64,000 bases of DNA, taken from the NCBI GenBank assembly GCA_949373075.1, contig CASIBX010000002.1, positions 1,019 to 65,018 of the forward strand, given 5' to 3'. The notes beneath the pieces were generated by a model. The model did not search any database. It was not told where the DNA came from and worked only from the letters and a program-made list of their open reading frames with translations. Positions 10,042 to 20,798 of the stretch are shown here, one piece after another. Made by a program: the position numbers and the translations under genes. Numbering within the stretch: position 1 is the stretch's first letter; every line of letters begins with the position of its first letter. This stretch comes from Candidatus Poseidoniaceae archaeon (GTDB taxonomy: Archaea; Thermoplasmatota; Poseidoniia; Poseidoniales; Poseidoniaceae).

Positions 10042-10560
10042 GTGCCGGTAAAAGGTCCTAATTGGAGCCCAGAAGTTGCATACTATGATTGTAGATATGC
10101 GGTACTTCGCAAACCACTTGGTTTTCCCAGAGGGGCTGAAATACTTGCAGACGACGACCAAGCAATCCATGCTTGGGTTGAATCTGAAGGGAAGGTTGTA
10201 GCCGTTGGTAGAGCGCATTTAATTCCAGCCGATAGCGATGGTTCACAGGCTGACCATGCAGGCCCTGGTGCAGCAAAGTGCCCAGCTTTTGGGCCTTTGA
10301 CCGGTGAGGGCAATAGGCCAGCGATTCAAATTAGGCAGATGGGGACTCTTCCTTCACACCAAAGACAAGGAATGGCTGCTAAAGTGCTAAGTGACCTAGA
10401 AAAGTCATCGAATGAAATCCTTGGTGCCAATACTGGATTCTTGCAAGCCAGAGCACACGCAATACCATTCTATGAAAGCCAGGGTTGGGCCATAATTGAT
10501 GATGAATATGAGATTCCTGGAATTGGACCTCATCGTTCTATGATGAAGCATCTTGGCTAG
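10042..10560 (+). CDS. GNAT family N-acetyltransferase
   Basis: Acetyl-CoA binding motif A (QIRQMGTLPSHQRQGMAAKVL). The track ORF overlaps the upstream gene, so I place the start at an in-frame GTG at 10042, just after the upstream stop and preceded by GAGGTGG. The start is uncertain. Confidence 0.5.
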   Translation: MPVKGPNWSPEVAYYDCRYAVLRKPLGFPRGAEILADDDQAIHAWVESEGKVVAVGRAHLIPADSDGSQADHAGPGAAKCPAFGPLTGEGNRPAIQIRQMGTLPSHQRQGMAAKVLSDLEKSSNEILGANTGFLQARAHAIPFYESQGWAIIDDEYEIPGIGPHRSMMKHLG

Positions 10561-10897
10561 AATCATCGAATCGCGGTGTTCAAATAGGACAAGCATCGCT
10601 CGATATATTAGAGGGAACATTGGGTTCCCTATGATTGACCCGTGAAAAACGATGAATACGGAGGAACTGGAACAAACTACTAGTGAGGGATTAAAAAGCA
10701 ACACTGCGGCACTATTCGCAGTGAGCATAGACTGTCTGAATGGCAGTTCTAAATCTCTCGCACCAGTTCACAAACCTAACACTTCTAGCGTTAGCTTCGT
10801 ATCACTCCCGAATAATGAAGCCCAGCCATGCTGCACTTCATCTTCGGAAAGAGAGAACAGCGGGTTCTCTATCTTTAGATAAAAAAATAGGAGATGA

Positions 10898-12631
10898 ATG
10901 AAAATGAATAAGAAAATTGTAAGCATGCTAGTGGCATTATTCCTCACAATTTCTGCACTTAGTGCAGTTAGTGGTGACGGATCCGACCCCCTCGACCCAT
11001 CTGACGGTGGCGCTGATTGGGACGGCGACGGTTTAACCAATGCAGAGGAACAAAACCACGGTACAAACATGAACAACGCCGACAGCGATGGTGACGGTTT
11101 ACCTGATGGATGGGAGGTCAACAACGGCCTTTCACCAACCAATGGCGGAGACGCTAATGGTGATCCAGATGGTGACGGTCTGACTAACGCCCAGGAGTAC
11201 GCAGCGGGTACCAACCCGAACAACGCCGACACGGATGGCGACGGTAAGAACGACAATGTCGATCAATACCCGACCGATCCTAACGACGGTGAGTTTAGCG
11301 ACTCTGACGGTGACGGCATCCCAGACGCATACGACCCTGATTACCAGGAGTCGAATGAAGGGTCTGGAGATGGTGGCACCGAGGGTGGTGGCGAGTCTGA
11401 AGATCAAGGTCAAGGCGAAGGCCAAGGCCAAGGTCAGGGACAAGGTCAAGGACAAGGTCAAGGACAGGGTCAAGGACAAGGTCAAGGACAGGGTCAAGGA
11501 CAAGGTCAAGGACAAGGTCAAGGACAAGGTCAAGGACAAGGTCAAGGACAAGGTCAAGGACAAGGTCAAGGACAAGGTCAAGGACAAGGTCAAGGACAAG
11601 GTCAAGGACAAGGTCAAGGACAGGGTCAAGGACAGGGTCAAGGACAAGGTCAAGGACAGGGTCAAGGACAAGGCCAAGGTCAGCAAGGTCAGCAAGGTCA
11701 GCAGGGTCAAGGCTCTCAGCAAGGACAACAGTCCGGTCAACAAGGTCAACAAGGTCAGTCCGGCCAGTCTGGACAACAAGGCCAAGGCCAACAAGGACAG
11801 CAGGGAGAACAAGGCCAGCAGCAGGATAACGGACAGGGACAGCAACAGCAAGGCGGCCAACAAGGCGGCCAGCAGGGCGACCAGTCCCAGCAAGACCAGG
11901 GAGGCCAAAATGGCCAAAATGGTCAGAACCAGCAGCAGCAAGGTCAAACCCAGAACGGTCAACAAGGCCAGCAGGGTCAACAAAACGACCAGCAGCAGGG
12001 CCAGCAACTTGACAACCAAGACCAGAACGGCGAAAACGACAACGATGGTGACGGAATCCCAGATGCTCTCGACAACGACGACGATAACGACGGAATTGTT
12101 GATGATCTAGATCAGAACCCTAACGACCACGACAACGACGGAATCGAAGATTCAGAAGATAATGATGACGATGGCGACGGAATCGATGACCGTGAAGAGA
12201 CTGAGGACGGCGACGACAACACCAACATCTACGACCACGACAACGACGGCATTAACGACGCAGTGGACCTTGATATCGACAATGACGGTATCGACAACCG
12301 CAACGACGTAGGCCCGAATGGCGAGGACTACACTCGTGACCACGACAACGATGGCATGAATGACGCAGATGATACCGATGATGACAATGATAACATCTTA
12401 GATGTGGATGAAGTTGATGGCGCTACTGGCGTCTACCGCTACGACCACGACAACGATGGAATTTGGGACAGCACAGACACCGACGATGATAACGACGGTT
12501 TGTCTGACTGGTTCGAAGTCAATGACGGTAACAGCCTAACTGGTCAATTTGACCACGACAATGATGGCAGTGAAGACCACGTAGACGACGATGACGACAA
12601 TGACGGCATCGAAGATATCTTCGAAGTTTGA
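10898..12631 (+). CDS. secreted Asp-rich calcium-binding repeat protein (thrombospondin type 3-like DxDxDG repeats) with a long (GQ)n low-complexity linker
   Basis: A signal peptide is followed by DGDGLTNAEE...DSDGDGLPDGWE...DPDGDGLTNAQE...DTDGDGKNDNVD TSP3-like units. An approximately 200 aa G/Q tract follows, and then DHDNDG / DDDNDG paired repeats at the C-terminus. AGGAG lies 5 nt upstream of the ATG. Confidence 0.7.
   Translation: MKMNKKIVSMLVALFLTISALSAVSGDGSDPLDPSDGGADWDGDGLTNAEEQNHGTNMNNADSDGDGLPDGWEVNNGLSPTNGGDANGDPDGDGLTNAQEYAAGTNPNNADTDGDGKNDNVDQYPTDPNDGEFSDSDGDGIPDAYDPDYQESNEGSGDGGTEGGGESEDQGQGEGQGQGQGQGQGQGQGQGQGQGQGQGQGQGQGQGQGQGQGQGQGQGQGQGQGQGQGQGQGQGQGQGQGQGQGQGQGQGQGQGQGQGQGQQGQQGQQGQGSQQGQQSGQQGQQGQSGQSGQQGQGQQGQQGEQGQQQDNGQGQQQQGGQQGGQQGDQSQQDQGGQNGQNGQNQQQQGQTQNGQQGQQGQQNDQQQGQQLDNQDQNGENDNDGDGIPDALDNDDDNDGIVDDLDQNPNDHDNDGIEDSEDNDDDGDGIDDREETEDGDDNTNIYDHDNDGINDAVDLDIDNDGIDNRNDVGPNGEDYTRDHDNDGMNDADDTDDDNDNILDVDEVDGATGVYRYDHDNDGIWDSTDTDDDNDGLSDWFEVNDGNSLTGQFDHDNDGSEDHVDDDDDNDGIEDIFEV
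11404..11700 (+). repeat. coding tandem repeat (ggtcaaggacaa / ggtcag units) encoding a run of perfect (GQ)n dipeptides that degenerates into Q/G-rich sequence
   Basis: Near-perfect 6/12 nt tandem repeats are visible directly in the sequence. The antisense and shifted frames give the spurious LTLSLT and KVKDKV ORFs in the track. Confidence 0.8.
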
Positions 12632-12847
12632 ACAGTTTGATTTGACGTAAATAGGCAGTCGTTTCATACCCGTTCGAACTTGTTCGGGTCAGCTGATTCC
12701 ACTGGGAGTTCGCTCCCCGTGGAATCTCCACTTCTATCCTTTTCACATTCTTTTTTGCAGATGATACGCTTAGGCTATCGTGATACTTACGTGCACATGC
12801 GCGTAGCGCGCTTGATATAGGCGGCGTCAGTCACGAGGTGATTCCGA

Positions 12848-15800
12848 GTGGTAACTATGCTCTCCAATAGACAATTCAAACAGAAAATCGAGAATCGGCG
12901 CAAGTCCACTGTATCAGTGGGAATTGTATTGCTGATGATAACAAGCACCTGGCTAGGGCTAATCGCTTCAGTCAGCCAAGGCTTTGAGCCCGAAACCAAG
13001 TTTGTAGATGTAGATCCGCTTTCAATGTCAGCTGCTCAGTCTACAGAACAGGGCGGTCAAGGCGAGTTACATGGAGGAATGCCGTCGCATTTCGGTCTAG
13101 AGATGCATGATGCACTTTGGGATCTGACATGGTCGGATTCTAGTGCCATGTACGGCCAAATCAGTGACACCTCTGTACTATCTTTGGACGCAGGGTATGG
13201 TCTGATGCTTGAGGAATCCAGCGCAGATGACCACGACAATGACGGAATCGATGATTTGACAGACTTGGATGATGACAATGACGGGATTTACGACTTACTA
13301 GAGCGCTTTGACGGTTGCTTTGGGACCGACCCGTATGACCACGACAACGACGGAATACAAGATAACGTGGACTGGGACGATGACAATGACGGAATTTTAG
13401 AAGGCCCAGTTGATTATGCCGCCCTTGAAGCCTTGGGACTCGACCCTAGAAATGTAACAATGCACCGCTATGTAGACGCTTCAACAATCCATCCGTTGAC
13501 CGGACAGCCAGTAGGGATATCCTACCGTGCAGACCAACTTCCATTCGACCACGACAACGATGGCGTGCCTGACGAAGACTCCGATGGGTCAGGTTCTGGC
13601 CGCTATGATGAGGACGACGATAACGACGCCCGAATCGACCAATTCCGTTGGCCTTGTGATTTCGATAACGACGGAGTACAGGATTATTTCGACAACGACG
13701 ATGATGATGACGGAGTTCAAGATTGGAACGACGCAAACCCATATGACGCAACCGAAACCGGAACTATGGACCTTAGCGGAAACATGTTCGATGCTAGTCA
13801 ACCATGGACCTTCAACCAATATAGATTGTATTCTGCTGGAATCAACTTTGTTGACTTAGAGGCGGCAAAAGTCGATGCTAATGACGAGTTCGACTTTGCT
13901 GGCGGGGAGAGTGGAGACGGAGCGGCAGGAATCCCTTCCTTCACCGATATTTTCGATGGCGACCTAGACGGTGACTTAATTCCTAACTTCTTAGACCCTG
14001 ATAACGACGACGACGGAACTCCAGATAGTTCTGATACCGATGACGATAACGATGGTCTACTAGACATGTATGACCCTGATGACGACAACGACGGAATCCC
14101 GGACGTCTGCACTAACATCGATATCAACGGCGATGGATTAAGCGATTACACCGGAGTCGATTCAAGCCCTTACCAAACTCCAGGAGCCGACACAGACGGA
14201 GTCCCAGGGATGGACTGCGAATTAGATTATGACGCAGATCTCGATGACGACAGGTTCAGGCCATTCGACCAGAACTACAACGCTATCTGGGATTGGCTAG
14301 ACCCTGACATGGGAGGGACAGCAACTCCCGACGATGCAGTACAGAGTCAATTCTCAGCTAGTGACTTCCCATACGATATCGACAACGACCAAATCGAAAA
14401 CGAGAACGACTCATTCCCTCTGGACATGAATTCCGAAGCATGGGTCGCAACCTGTACATCTCAATCTAATCCTAACCCTGCAAACCCCGACCCAAGGTGT
14501 ATGACTCAAAGAGCATCATTTGCTCAGTTCAATGACTGGGACGGCGATGGAGTCTCAAACTGGGATGACGTAGATGATGACGGTGACGGAATTATCGATT
14601 TAATCGATATTGACTGGGATTGTGATTTTGATAACGACGCTCTTCTTCACCAAATTAATGGTAGTAAATACAGAGACGATGGACCAAATGATGTCGACTC
14701 AGATATCGACGGTGACGGATTACCTAATGACATAGACTGGGATGACGATAACGACGGACTTACCGACTTGTACGACCCTGATGACGGAAACTGTGGCATA
14801 GTGGACTATGATGCAACCGATTCATTCGCAACACCATACTATCCTCTTGGCGACGGTGCTGACTTAGATGGCAGTGCAGACAACCAAGATTACACAACAA
14901 ACTACGATAATTATTGGAGCCTAGTTTGGAACGTAAATCCATTCGCAGATGTTGTACTAAATTACAACGGGTTCGACGCAACTACTCAGACCCCTGAGGG
15001 CGGAAATGTACCAGAATTCTATTGGTTCTTGTTCACACGTTGGTCTTCATACAATGGTGGAAATGAATGGGACGTCGATGCAGACGGAGACTCTCTGATC
15101 AATGGATTAGATACAGATCAAGACGCAGACGGACTACCAGATTGGTGGGATCAAGACGAAGGAAATGACGGATTGCTAGACGTAAACGACCTAAAGATGG
15201 GCGGTACAATGAATCTAACTCAATGTGGAATGACTGTTGGCCAACTGGGTTCAGGATGGACTTGTGGCTTTTCTTATGCACTCGCATATCACATGCCACT
15301 CACCGGAACGAATGCGCAATTTGGCTCACCATATTCCACACGCCCGGATTGGAATTTCAATCAGGGACCAGGGGGTAAGGCGCAGCAAGGAAATGACTGG
15401 ACCTGTACTCCAGATTATGTCGGTACCGCAACTACCGATCCAACCGGAGGTTGTTGGCACTATGACTTCGGCGGAGATGGCGATGTTGAGAGCGCAATTT
15501 CATATACACAAATTCAAGACAATCGTGATGCTTTCATCACATGGATGGGATTGGTAACTGGAGTGTGGCAATGGAACTTTGATGATACTGCGAATGCAAA
15601 TACCGTGGGATTCCCTGATGAATTAGGTGCAGATTTGGACCATAATTCAGAAGACGGAGACGTTGACGGCGACTTTACTAACAACACAGTAGATCTTGAT
15701 GAAGACTATGATGCAATCTATGATTGGAGCGATGTCGATGACGATAACGATGGTTTGTGGGATTTCTTTGAAATTGATACGAATGACGACCTCGATGACG

Positions 15801-18800
15801 ACGTTGACCAAGATTATGGTGGAGAATTCTTTACTGGATTGAATTGTGACGATGCGGATGATGACGGAAACGACCAGGATGTCGATGAAGACGGATGGTT
15901 CCAAGCAGTTTGGGATAAAGGAGTCATGAGTCAAGGACTCAAATCTCCTAAATTCTATGATGTCGACAATGACAACGACGGTGTTCCAGATTCTGAAGAC
16001 CCGGATGACGACAATAACGGAGTCCCAGACTCTGTGCAAGAATTGCAACCAGGGTGCTTCTCTGGCGAAGAGCAACATCCTTTCGACCACGATAACGATG
16101 GAATAGTCGATTGGGCTGATGATGACTTTGACGGTGATGGGATTTCCAACTTAGTCGAAGCAGCAATTTCAATCACTGCTCCTTTCGACCACGACAATGA
16201 CGGGTTGAGGGATGACCTCGACAAAGATGACGACGAAGACGGCATGCAAGATATCGACGAAGTATTGCTTTGGCCACTTAGATTCGATGCCGAATCTACT
16301 AACCCTTGGGATCACGATGATTTCGGAGGCGGCCTAGGAATTGCAAACCCGCTTGACCCTTCTACCGGCCCAGACGTAATCGACAATGACGACGATAACG
16401 ACTCACGCGAAGATAACAATTGGGACCATCTCGAAGAGAACTTCGTCTCAGACCCGTGTTATGCTGGCTCAGAATCAAGCGATTGGGACCATGATAACGA
16501 TTGTATATTGGATGCAAACGATAAGGCTCCAACATTCATAACTCTAGATATGCCTGATACTCTATGGCTCGATGCCCAGAGTCCTGCTATCTTCCGTGGG
16601 CATGTAGATTGGCTAAACCCAATCACCTCGCAATTCGAAGCAGCACCCGGACTACCAGTTCAGGTTCACATCGAATGGACAGGGAACAATACCACTGCTG
16701 TTGAAACAATCGATGTAATCACCAACATGTGGGGTAACTTCACTGTTGGCCAATTCCTCTACCCTGAGGATTTGGTAGTGGGAGACAATATGACATACAG
16801 AGTGTATGCCGAAGTAACTGAAATGTTTGCATTTAATGGCAATCAATCAGCCTCTTACTTCGTTGGCGCAGAAGCGAACATGACAGTGGACTATTCTTCA
16901 TGGACATATTTCAGAAGTGACGAACAGCCATTCTGGCTCGATTTCAAAGCTCACTATGCAGCAGATTGGTCTCGCGGATTATACGATAACCGAATCAAGA
17001 ACTCGCCAATCAGTTTCGAAATAACCGGTGGCTTATTCGGCAACAGAACCAACCCGTCTAACTTTTCTGGATTCAATAATGATGGATACAGAACAGATAT
17101 CGACGGGTGGGCATCACTCACCTTCGTACAAGACCTAGGTGCTAATGGTACTTGGAAGCAGGTGCGCTGGAATTCAATATTGGATAACGGAGTAGGGCAA
17201 ATATCAGGTGCATACGAAGAAATCTCTTGGAACGATTTATCGAAGACCCATGACGTAGTTCTCGATAGTAGTGGTATGCCTGTTCGCTATGACTACACCA
17301 ATACAAGTTTACCTGCGGGGGATATTGAAATCAAAGCATCAGTAATACCCGAGTTGGCAGATGAATGGCCATTCCCGCATTTACACGGAGATTCTTCAGA
17401 TCCGTTCTCAGTTCGTGTCATGCATCGCATGAATATTGAAGGGGAAATGATGGTCAGTGGATTATCTGCGGTTTACTTCTGGGACGGCACCATCAACAAC
17501 GGTGACGGAACCTTTGGAAATTGGGCCACACTATTCCATCAGCAAGCACTCAACGCTGCAGGAATTACTTTCGAGGAAGCCAAGGTCTTGAAACCCTATC
17601 CAAGTTTGTGGGATGGAATCCCTGAAAACTTACCTGGCGAGGCAATCAATCTCCGCAACTTCATCGATGTCAATGCAACTCATTGGATCATCTCTCTGGT
17701 GAACGGTGGCGATGGAGACTTACCTCCTTGTGGACAGGTTGACCCGACAGACCCATCAAGTCCAGTACGCTGTGAAATAGTTCCAGAAATGAACACCGGT
17801 GAAACATTCGGAGTCCGTGGAACTGTTACCAACCGTACTAACGATGCGTGGGATCAAGACCCGATCGCTTTACAGATTGATATTGACAATAACGGTCAAT
17901 TCATGGGTAGCCAAGAAACCGCATACACTCAGCGACCAGTAATGAAAGACGGCGAAGCAACGTTCGAATACAATTGGACATGGTATAGCCAGTATACTGC
18001 TGGTACATTTGGAGTCAGAGTGGACTTCACTAACAATGCGTATTACTTCACAGGTAACTCAACTAATCTAGCAGCAACTGGTGCTTACATTAACGTGTCA
18101 GTAGTTGGAACAACTCAGTTCCAAATGACTAGCGTTCCTAGATTATATCGCAACACAACTACTACTATTGAAGCAAGGTTGCTAGATAACTCATTACAAC
18201 CTCTTCGCCAAGCCCCAGTAACTTGGACTTGGTCCTATGATGGTAGAAGCGGCGTCAATTATACCGATGATTTAGGTACATTTTCGATTCCTTTCGACAT
18301 CAATCCAGAAGATTCACTCGGTAATTACTCCTTACAATTTGAATATGAAGGAGACCGTTCGATGAAGGGCAATATTGACAGCCAGAATGTTTGGGTTGTT
18401 TCAAGAACTTACCTAAATGTAATTTCTAGCGACTCTAATCTCAGACAATCTGGTGACCGTTGGGACTTCACTGCCCAAGTAACCGATGACAATAAGACAG
18501 CAACAGTCAGAGACTCAGGTGGTAGAGAGCTTAGTGGCTCAAGTACTCCTAATGGTGGATTAGTAGATGTCATCTATGAAGGACTTGATTTCGAAGGAGT
18601 CATGCACCGACAGGTGGTTGCAACCCTTGCACCAAATGCTGGTTTGATTTCCTTACCAGAACCTCAACCAGACGGTAGCCATCTGTGCTATTATGACGGT
18701 AATGGTGACGGATTACCTGACCGTGATTCTAATGGAAATGGGCAATTGGATGATTCTGAGGCAATAGGTTGTATGAAGGCAAACGTTGCTCCACTTTCAC

Positions 18801-20776
18801 CTCAATTACTACGTGAAGACCCTGATAGTTTCCTACCTGATGGATTTGGACCGGTATCGGTATACTTGCGATTCCGCGAAACACTGCCTAACGAAGGCTG
18901 TGAGAACATCGAGGTAGAATATTTGTCTATGCAAGGCAAGTGGGACCCTTGTGTCGATTTACTTGGCAATGATCACTTCCGTGTACAAATGGCTTACAAT
19001 GCTAACGGATTCTCATTGATTGGACGCACATCACTAGATGTTGATGACCAGATTGTTTACACAAGCGAAATAGATCCGCTAACTGGGGATATCGTTTCTA
19101 AACCAATGATAGTTACTGGACAATTAACTGATGAATTAGATACAAATCTAACATACAGAAACATTCGTGTGAATTACGAAATGGTCAACAGTCCTGCAGG
19201 GCCGGTTGCATGTTTCAACGGTATCACCGATATCAATGGACAATTCGCAATAACCTGCCCTCTATCGGACGTTATGGCGGGAACTGCTAGAGTTACCGTT
19301 ACTTACTCTGCATGGGATAACAATGATGCTTATCGATATCAAAACAAGACAGTACAGACCGAATTTGACGTATTCAGTAACTCTACACTACAGATTGCTG
19401 AAGTTGGACCATTCAAGTCTAGCGTAGAGTCGTTCGTTGCACCAAATAATGGCACAGCATTCCCTGTATTGTACCTCAAGGAAAGCTTCCATATCGACGC
19501 AATACTTACCCAATCTAACGGACAGTATGTTGGTGGAAAGTGTTTGAACATCTACTTGGACCCACAGAAAAACGTCCGACCTCTATCTAGTATTCAGACA
19601 AGAGAATCAGATGGTATGGTTGAATGGTTCAGTGGCGACCCTAGTCAAAATCCGGGCCTGAAAGGCGTGGAAACGACAGGTGGGGAACTAGAAGGATTCA
19701 GACTACTGCGTGTCGCTTTCGAGCCAGACCTCAACGTTCCAGGAGGTTGTGACAAAGACACGAGCAACGTCCTGAACGGCTCACACATGGATATCGTAGT
19801 TCTCGTACGAAGCCGTGTTGACCTGCAGGTGAAGGACTCTTGGTCTCACGTTAATAACAACGGTTTGGATACCGATGACAATGTCCATGGTGAGATTGCA
19901 CTATTGCGTGACCGCCTAGACTTAGCGGTTGAGAATGAAGAGATATTCTTCGTCCGTGAATATTGGGATTCAGATGCTATGGAATGGGTTGTTGAAGGAC
20001 GCAATGAGTCGTACACCAACGAGCAAGGAATCGCTTCCTTTGATTGGGCCTTTGCAGGCAAGACCTGTGCAGGAGAACCTTGTGGAGGAGATTGGAGAAT
20101 CAAGGCATATTACCCTGGTTCAACCTTCTTTGCAGAGTCTAGTGATAACATAACTCACGAAGTACATTATCAAAAGACCAAGGTTGTAGATCAGAGCGGA
20201 GGTATCTTCACTCCAAGTACCATTATGGCGATAATTATCGTACTTCTTGGAGCGGCGATTGCCGGAGTAATGTACTACCAGCGAGTAATTGCAAGACGCC
20301 AGGTCGAAGCTCTGCGTGGTATCTTGACAGATACAATGTTGCAACTTCAGGCTGCTAACGAGTACATTGCAATCATCTTCGATTGTTACAAGCAACTGGT
20401 CAAGCACTTCCGCCGACATGGTTTCATGAAGAAGGTCTACGAGACAACTCGTGAATTCGAAAGTGCGGTCAGAGGTGCATTCCACATGGTTCCAGCAGAC
20501 CAATTGGATTCATTCATTGCAATCTTCGAAGAAGCACGTTATTCGGACCACGAAATTGGGCCAAGTCACCGTGACCGTGCAATAGAAACCTTGAACGCAA
20601 TTGCTCAGAGCCTTTCAATGGCTCTAGGTGATGGCGGAATGATCACCCGTGGAGAGCAGCATGAAGCCAAACTCTACGGCGGTCTGACCAAGGCTGGAGA
20701 GTTCGTAGCATCCGATGGTAGCGTCCGACAGGCCGGTATCGACGATGATACAGAACAGTCCAATTTCAAGATTTGA
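12848..20776 (+). CDS. giant (2642 aa) type I membrane surface protein
   Basis: The largest ORF in the window. It has an N-terminal signal-anchor, then about 1100 aa of Asp-rich TSP3-like Ca-binding repeats in the paired DHDNDG / DDDNDG arrangement. A large beta-rich ectodomain follows, then a C-terminal TM helix and a roughly 165 aa cytoplasmic tail. The repeat units are the same as in the C-terminus of the upstream 10898 gene. Confidence 0.8.
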   Translation: MVTMLSNRQFKQKIENRRKSTVSVGIVLLMITSTWLGLIASVSQGFEPETKFVDVDPLSMSAAQSTEQGGQGELHGGMPSHFGLEMHDALWDLTWSDSSAMYGQISDTSVLSLDAGYGLMLEESSADDHDNDGIDDLTDLDDDNDGIYDLLERFDGCFGTDPYDHDNDGIQDNVDWDDDNDGILEGPVDYAALEALGLDPRNVTMHRYVDASTIHPLTGQPVGISYRADQLPFDHDNDGVPDEDSDGSGSGRYDEDDDNDARIDQFRWPCDFDNDGVQDYFDNDDDDDGVQDWNDANPYDATETGTMDLSGNMFDASQPWTFNQYRLYSAGINFVDLEAAKVDANDEFDFAGGESGDGAAGIPSFTDIFDGDLDGDLIPNFLDPDNDDDGTPDSSDTDDDNDGLLDMYDPDDDNDGIPDVCTNIDINGDGLSDYTGVDSSPYQTPGADTDGVPGMDCELDYDADLDDDRFRPFDQNYNAIWDWLDPDMGGTATPDDAVQSQFSASDFPYDIDNDQIENENDSFPLDMNSEAWVATCTSQSNPNPANPDPRCMTQRASFAQFNDWDGDGVSNWDDVDDDGDGIIDLIDIDWDCDFDNDALLHQINGSKYRDDGPNDVDSDIDGDGLPNDIDWDDDNDGLTDLYDPDDGNCGIVDYDATDSFATPYYPLGDGADLDGSADNQDYTTNYDNYWSLVWNVNPFADVVLNYNGFDATTQTPEGGNVPEFYWFLFTRWSSYNGGNEWDVDADGDSLINGLDTDQDADGLPDWWDQDEGNDGLLDVNDLKMGGTMNLTQCGMTVGQLGSGWTCGFSYALAYHMPLTGTNAQFGSPYSTRPDWNFNQGPGGKAQQGNDWTCTPDYVGTATTDPTGGCWHYDFGGDGDVESAISYTQIQDNRDAFITWMGLVTGVWQWNFDDTANANTVGFPDELGADLDHNSEDGDVDGDFTNNTVDLDEDYDAIYDWSDVDDDNDGLWDFFEIDTNDDLDDDVDQDYGGEFFTGLNCDDADDDGNDQDVDEDGWFQAVWDKGVMSQGLKSPKFYDVDNDNDGVPDSEDPDDDNNGVPDSVQELQPGCFSGEEQHPFDHDNDGIVDWADDDFDGDGISNLVEAAISITAPFDHDNDGLRDDLDKDDDEDGMQDIDEVLLWPLRFDAESTNPWDHDDFGGGLGIANPLDPSTGPDVIDNDDDNDSREDNNWDHLEENFVSDPCYAGSESSDWDHDNDCILDANDKAPTFITLDMPDTLWLDAQSPAIFRGHVDWLNPITSQFEAAPGLPVQVHIEWTGNNTTAVETIDVITNMWGNFTVGQFLYPEDLVVGDNMTYRVYAEVTEMFAFNGNQSASYFVGAEANMTVDYSSWTYFRSDEQPFWLDFKAHYAADWSRGLYDNRIKNSPISFEITGGLFGNRTNPSNFSGFNNDGYRTDIDGWASLTFVQDLGANGTWKQVRWNSILDNGVGQISGAYEEISWNDLSKTHDVVLDSSGMPVRYDYTNTSLPAGDIEIKASVIPELADEWPFPHLHGDSSDPFSVRVMHRMNIEGEMMVSGLSAVYFWDGTINNGDGTFGNWATLFHQQALNAAGITFEEAKVLKPYPSLWDGIPENLPGEAINLRNFIDVNATHWIISLVNGGDGDLPPCGQVDPTDPSSPVRCEIVPEMNTGETFGVRGTVTNRTNDAWDQDPIALQIDIDNNGQFMGSQETAYTQRPVMKDGEATFEYNWTWYSQYTAGTFGVRVDFTNNAYYFTGNSTNLAATGAYINVSVVGTTQFQMTSVPRLYRNTTTTIEARLLDNSLQPLRQAPVTWTWSYDGRSGVNYTDDLGTFSIPFDINPEDSLGNYSLQFEYEGDRSMKGNIDSQNVWVVSRTYLNVISSDSNLRQSGDRWDFTAQVTDDNKTATVRDSGGRELSGSSTPNGGLVDVIYEGLDFEGVMHRQVVATLAPNAGLISLPEPQPDGSHLCYYDGNGDGLPDRDSNGNGQLDDSEAIGCMKANVAPLSPQLLREDPDSFLPDGFGPVSVYLRFRETLPNEGCENIEVEYLSMQGKWDPCVDLLGNDHFRVQMAYNANGFSLIGRTSLDVDDQIVYTSEIDPLTGDIVSKPMIVTGQLTDELDTNLTYRNIRVNYEMVNSPAGPVACFNGITDINGQFAITCPLSDVMAGTARVTVTYSAWDNNDAYRYQNKTVQTEFDVFSNSTLQIAEVGPFKSSVESFVAPNNGTAFPVLYLKESFHIDAILTQSNGQYVGGKCLNIYLDPQKNVRPLSSIQTRESDGMVEWFSGDPSQNPGLKGVETTGGELEGFRLLRVAFEPDLNVPGGCDKDTSNVLNGSHMDIVVLVRSRVDLQVKDSWSHVNNNGLDTDDNVHGEIALLRDRLDLAVENEEIFFVREYWDSDAMEWVVEGRNESYTNEQGIASFDWAFAGKTCAGEPCGGDWRIKAYYPGSTFFAESSDNITHEVHYQKTKVVDQSGGIFTPSTIMAIIIVLLGAAIAGVMYYQRVIARRQVEALRGILTDTMLQLQAANEYIAIIFDCYKQLVKHFRRHGFMKKVYETTREFESAVRGAFHMVPADQLDSFIAIFEEARYSDHEIGPSHRDRAIETLNAIAQSLSMALGDGGMITRGEQHEAKLYGGLTKAGEFVASDGSVRQAGIDDDTEQSNFKI

Positions 20777-20798
20777 AATTGAGAATTCCGCTGAGTGA

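Noticed and set aside
10861-10897. TTTAGATAAAAAAA as a TATA box for the first surface-protein gene
   Set aside because: It lies only about 12-20 nt upstream of the ATG and overlaps the AGGAG ribosome-binding site. That spacing is too short for a canonical archaeal BRE/TATA-to-TSS arrangement, so I did not call it.
11404-11700. Possible CRISPR-like array, suggested by regular short repeats
   Set aside because: The repeats are contiguous 6/12 nt units with no spacers. They lie inside a continuous coding frame, and no cas genes are adjacent. This is a coding microsatellite, not a CRISPR.
11132-12110. Long ORFs on the minus strand (LTLSLT..., 295 aa) and in a shifted plus frame (KVKDKVKD..., 291 aa) across the GQ repeat
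   Set aside because: They are artefacts of the hexanucleotide tandem repeat, which is open in all frames. The in-frame (GQ)n reading belongs to the 10898..12631 surface-protein gene, which has a signal peptide and flanking conserved repeats.
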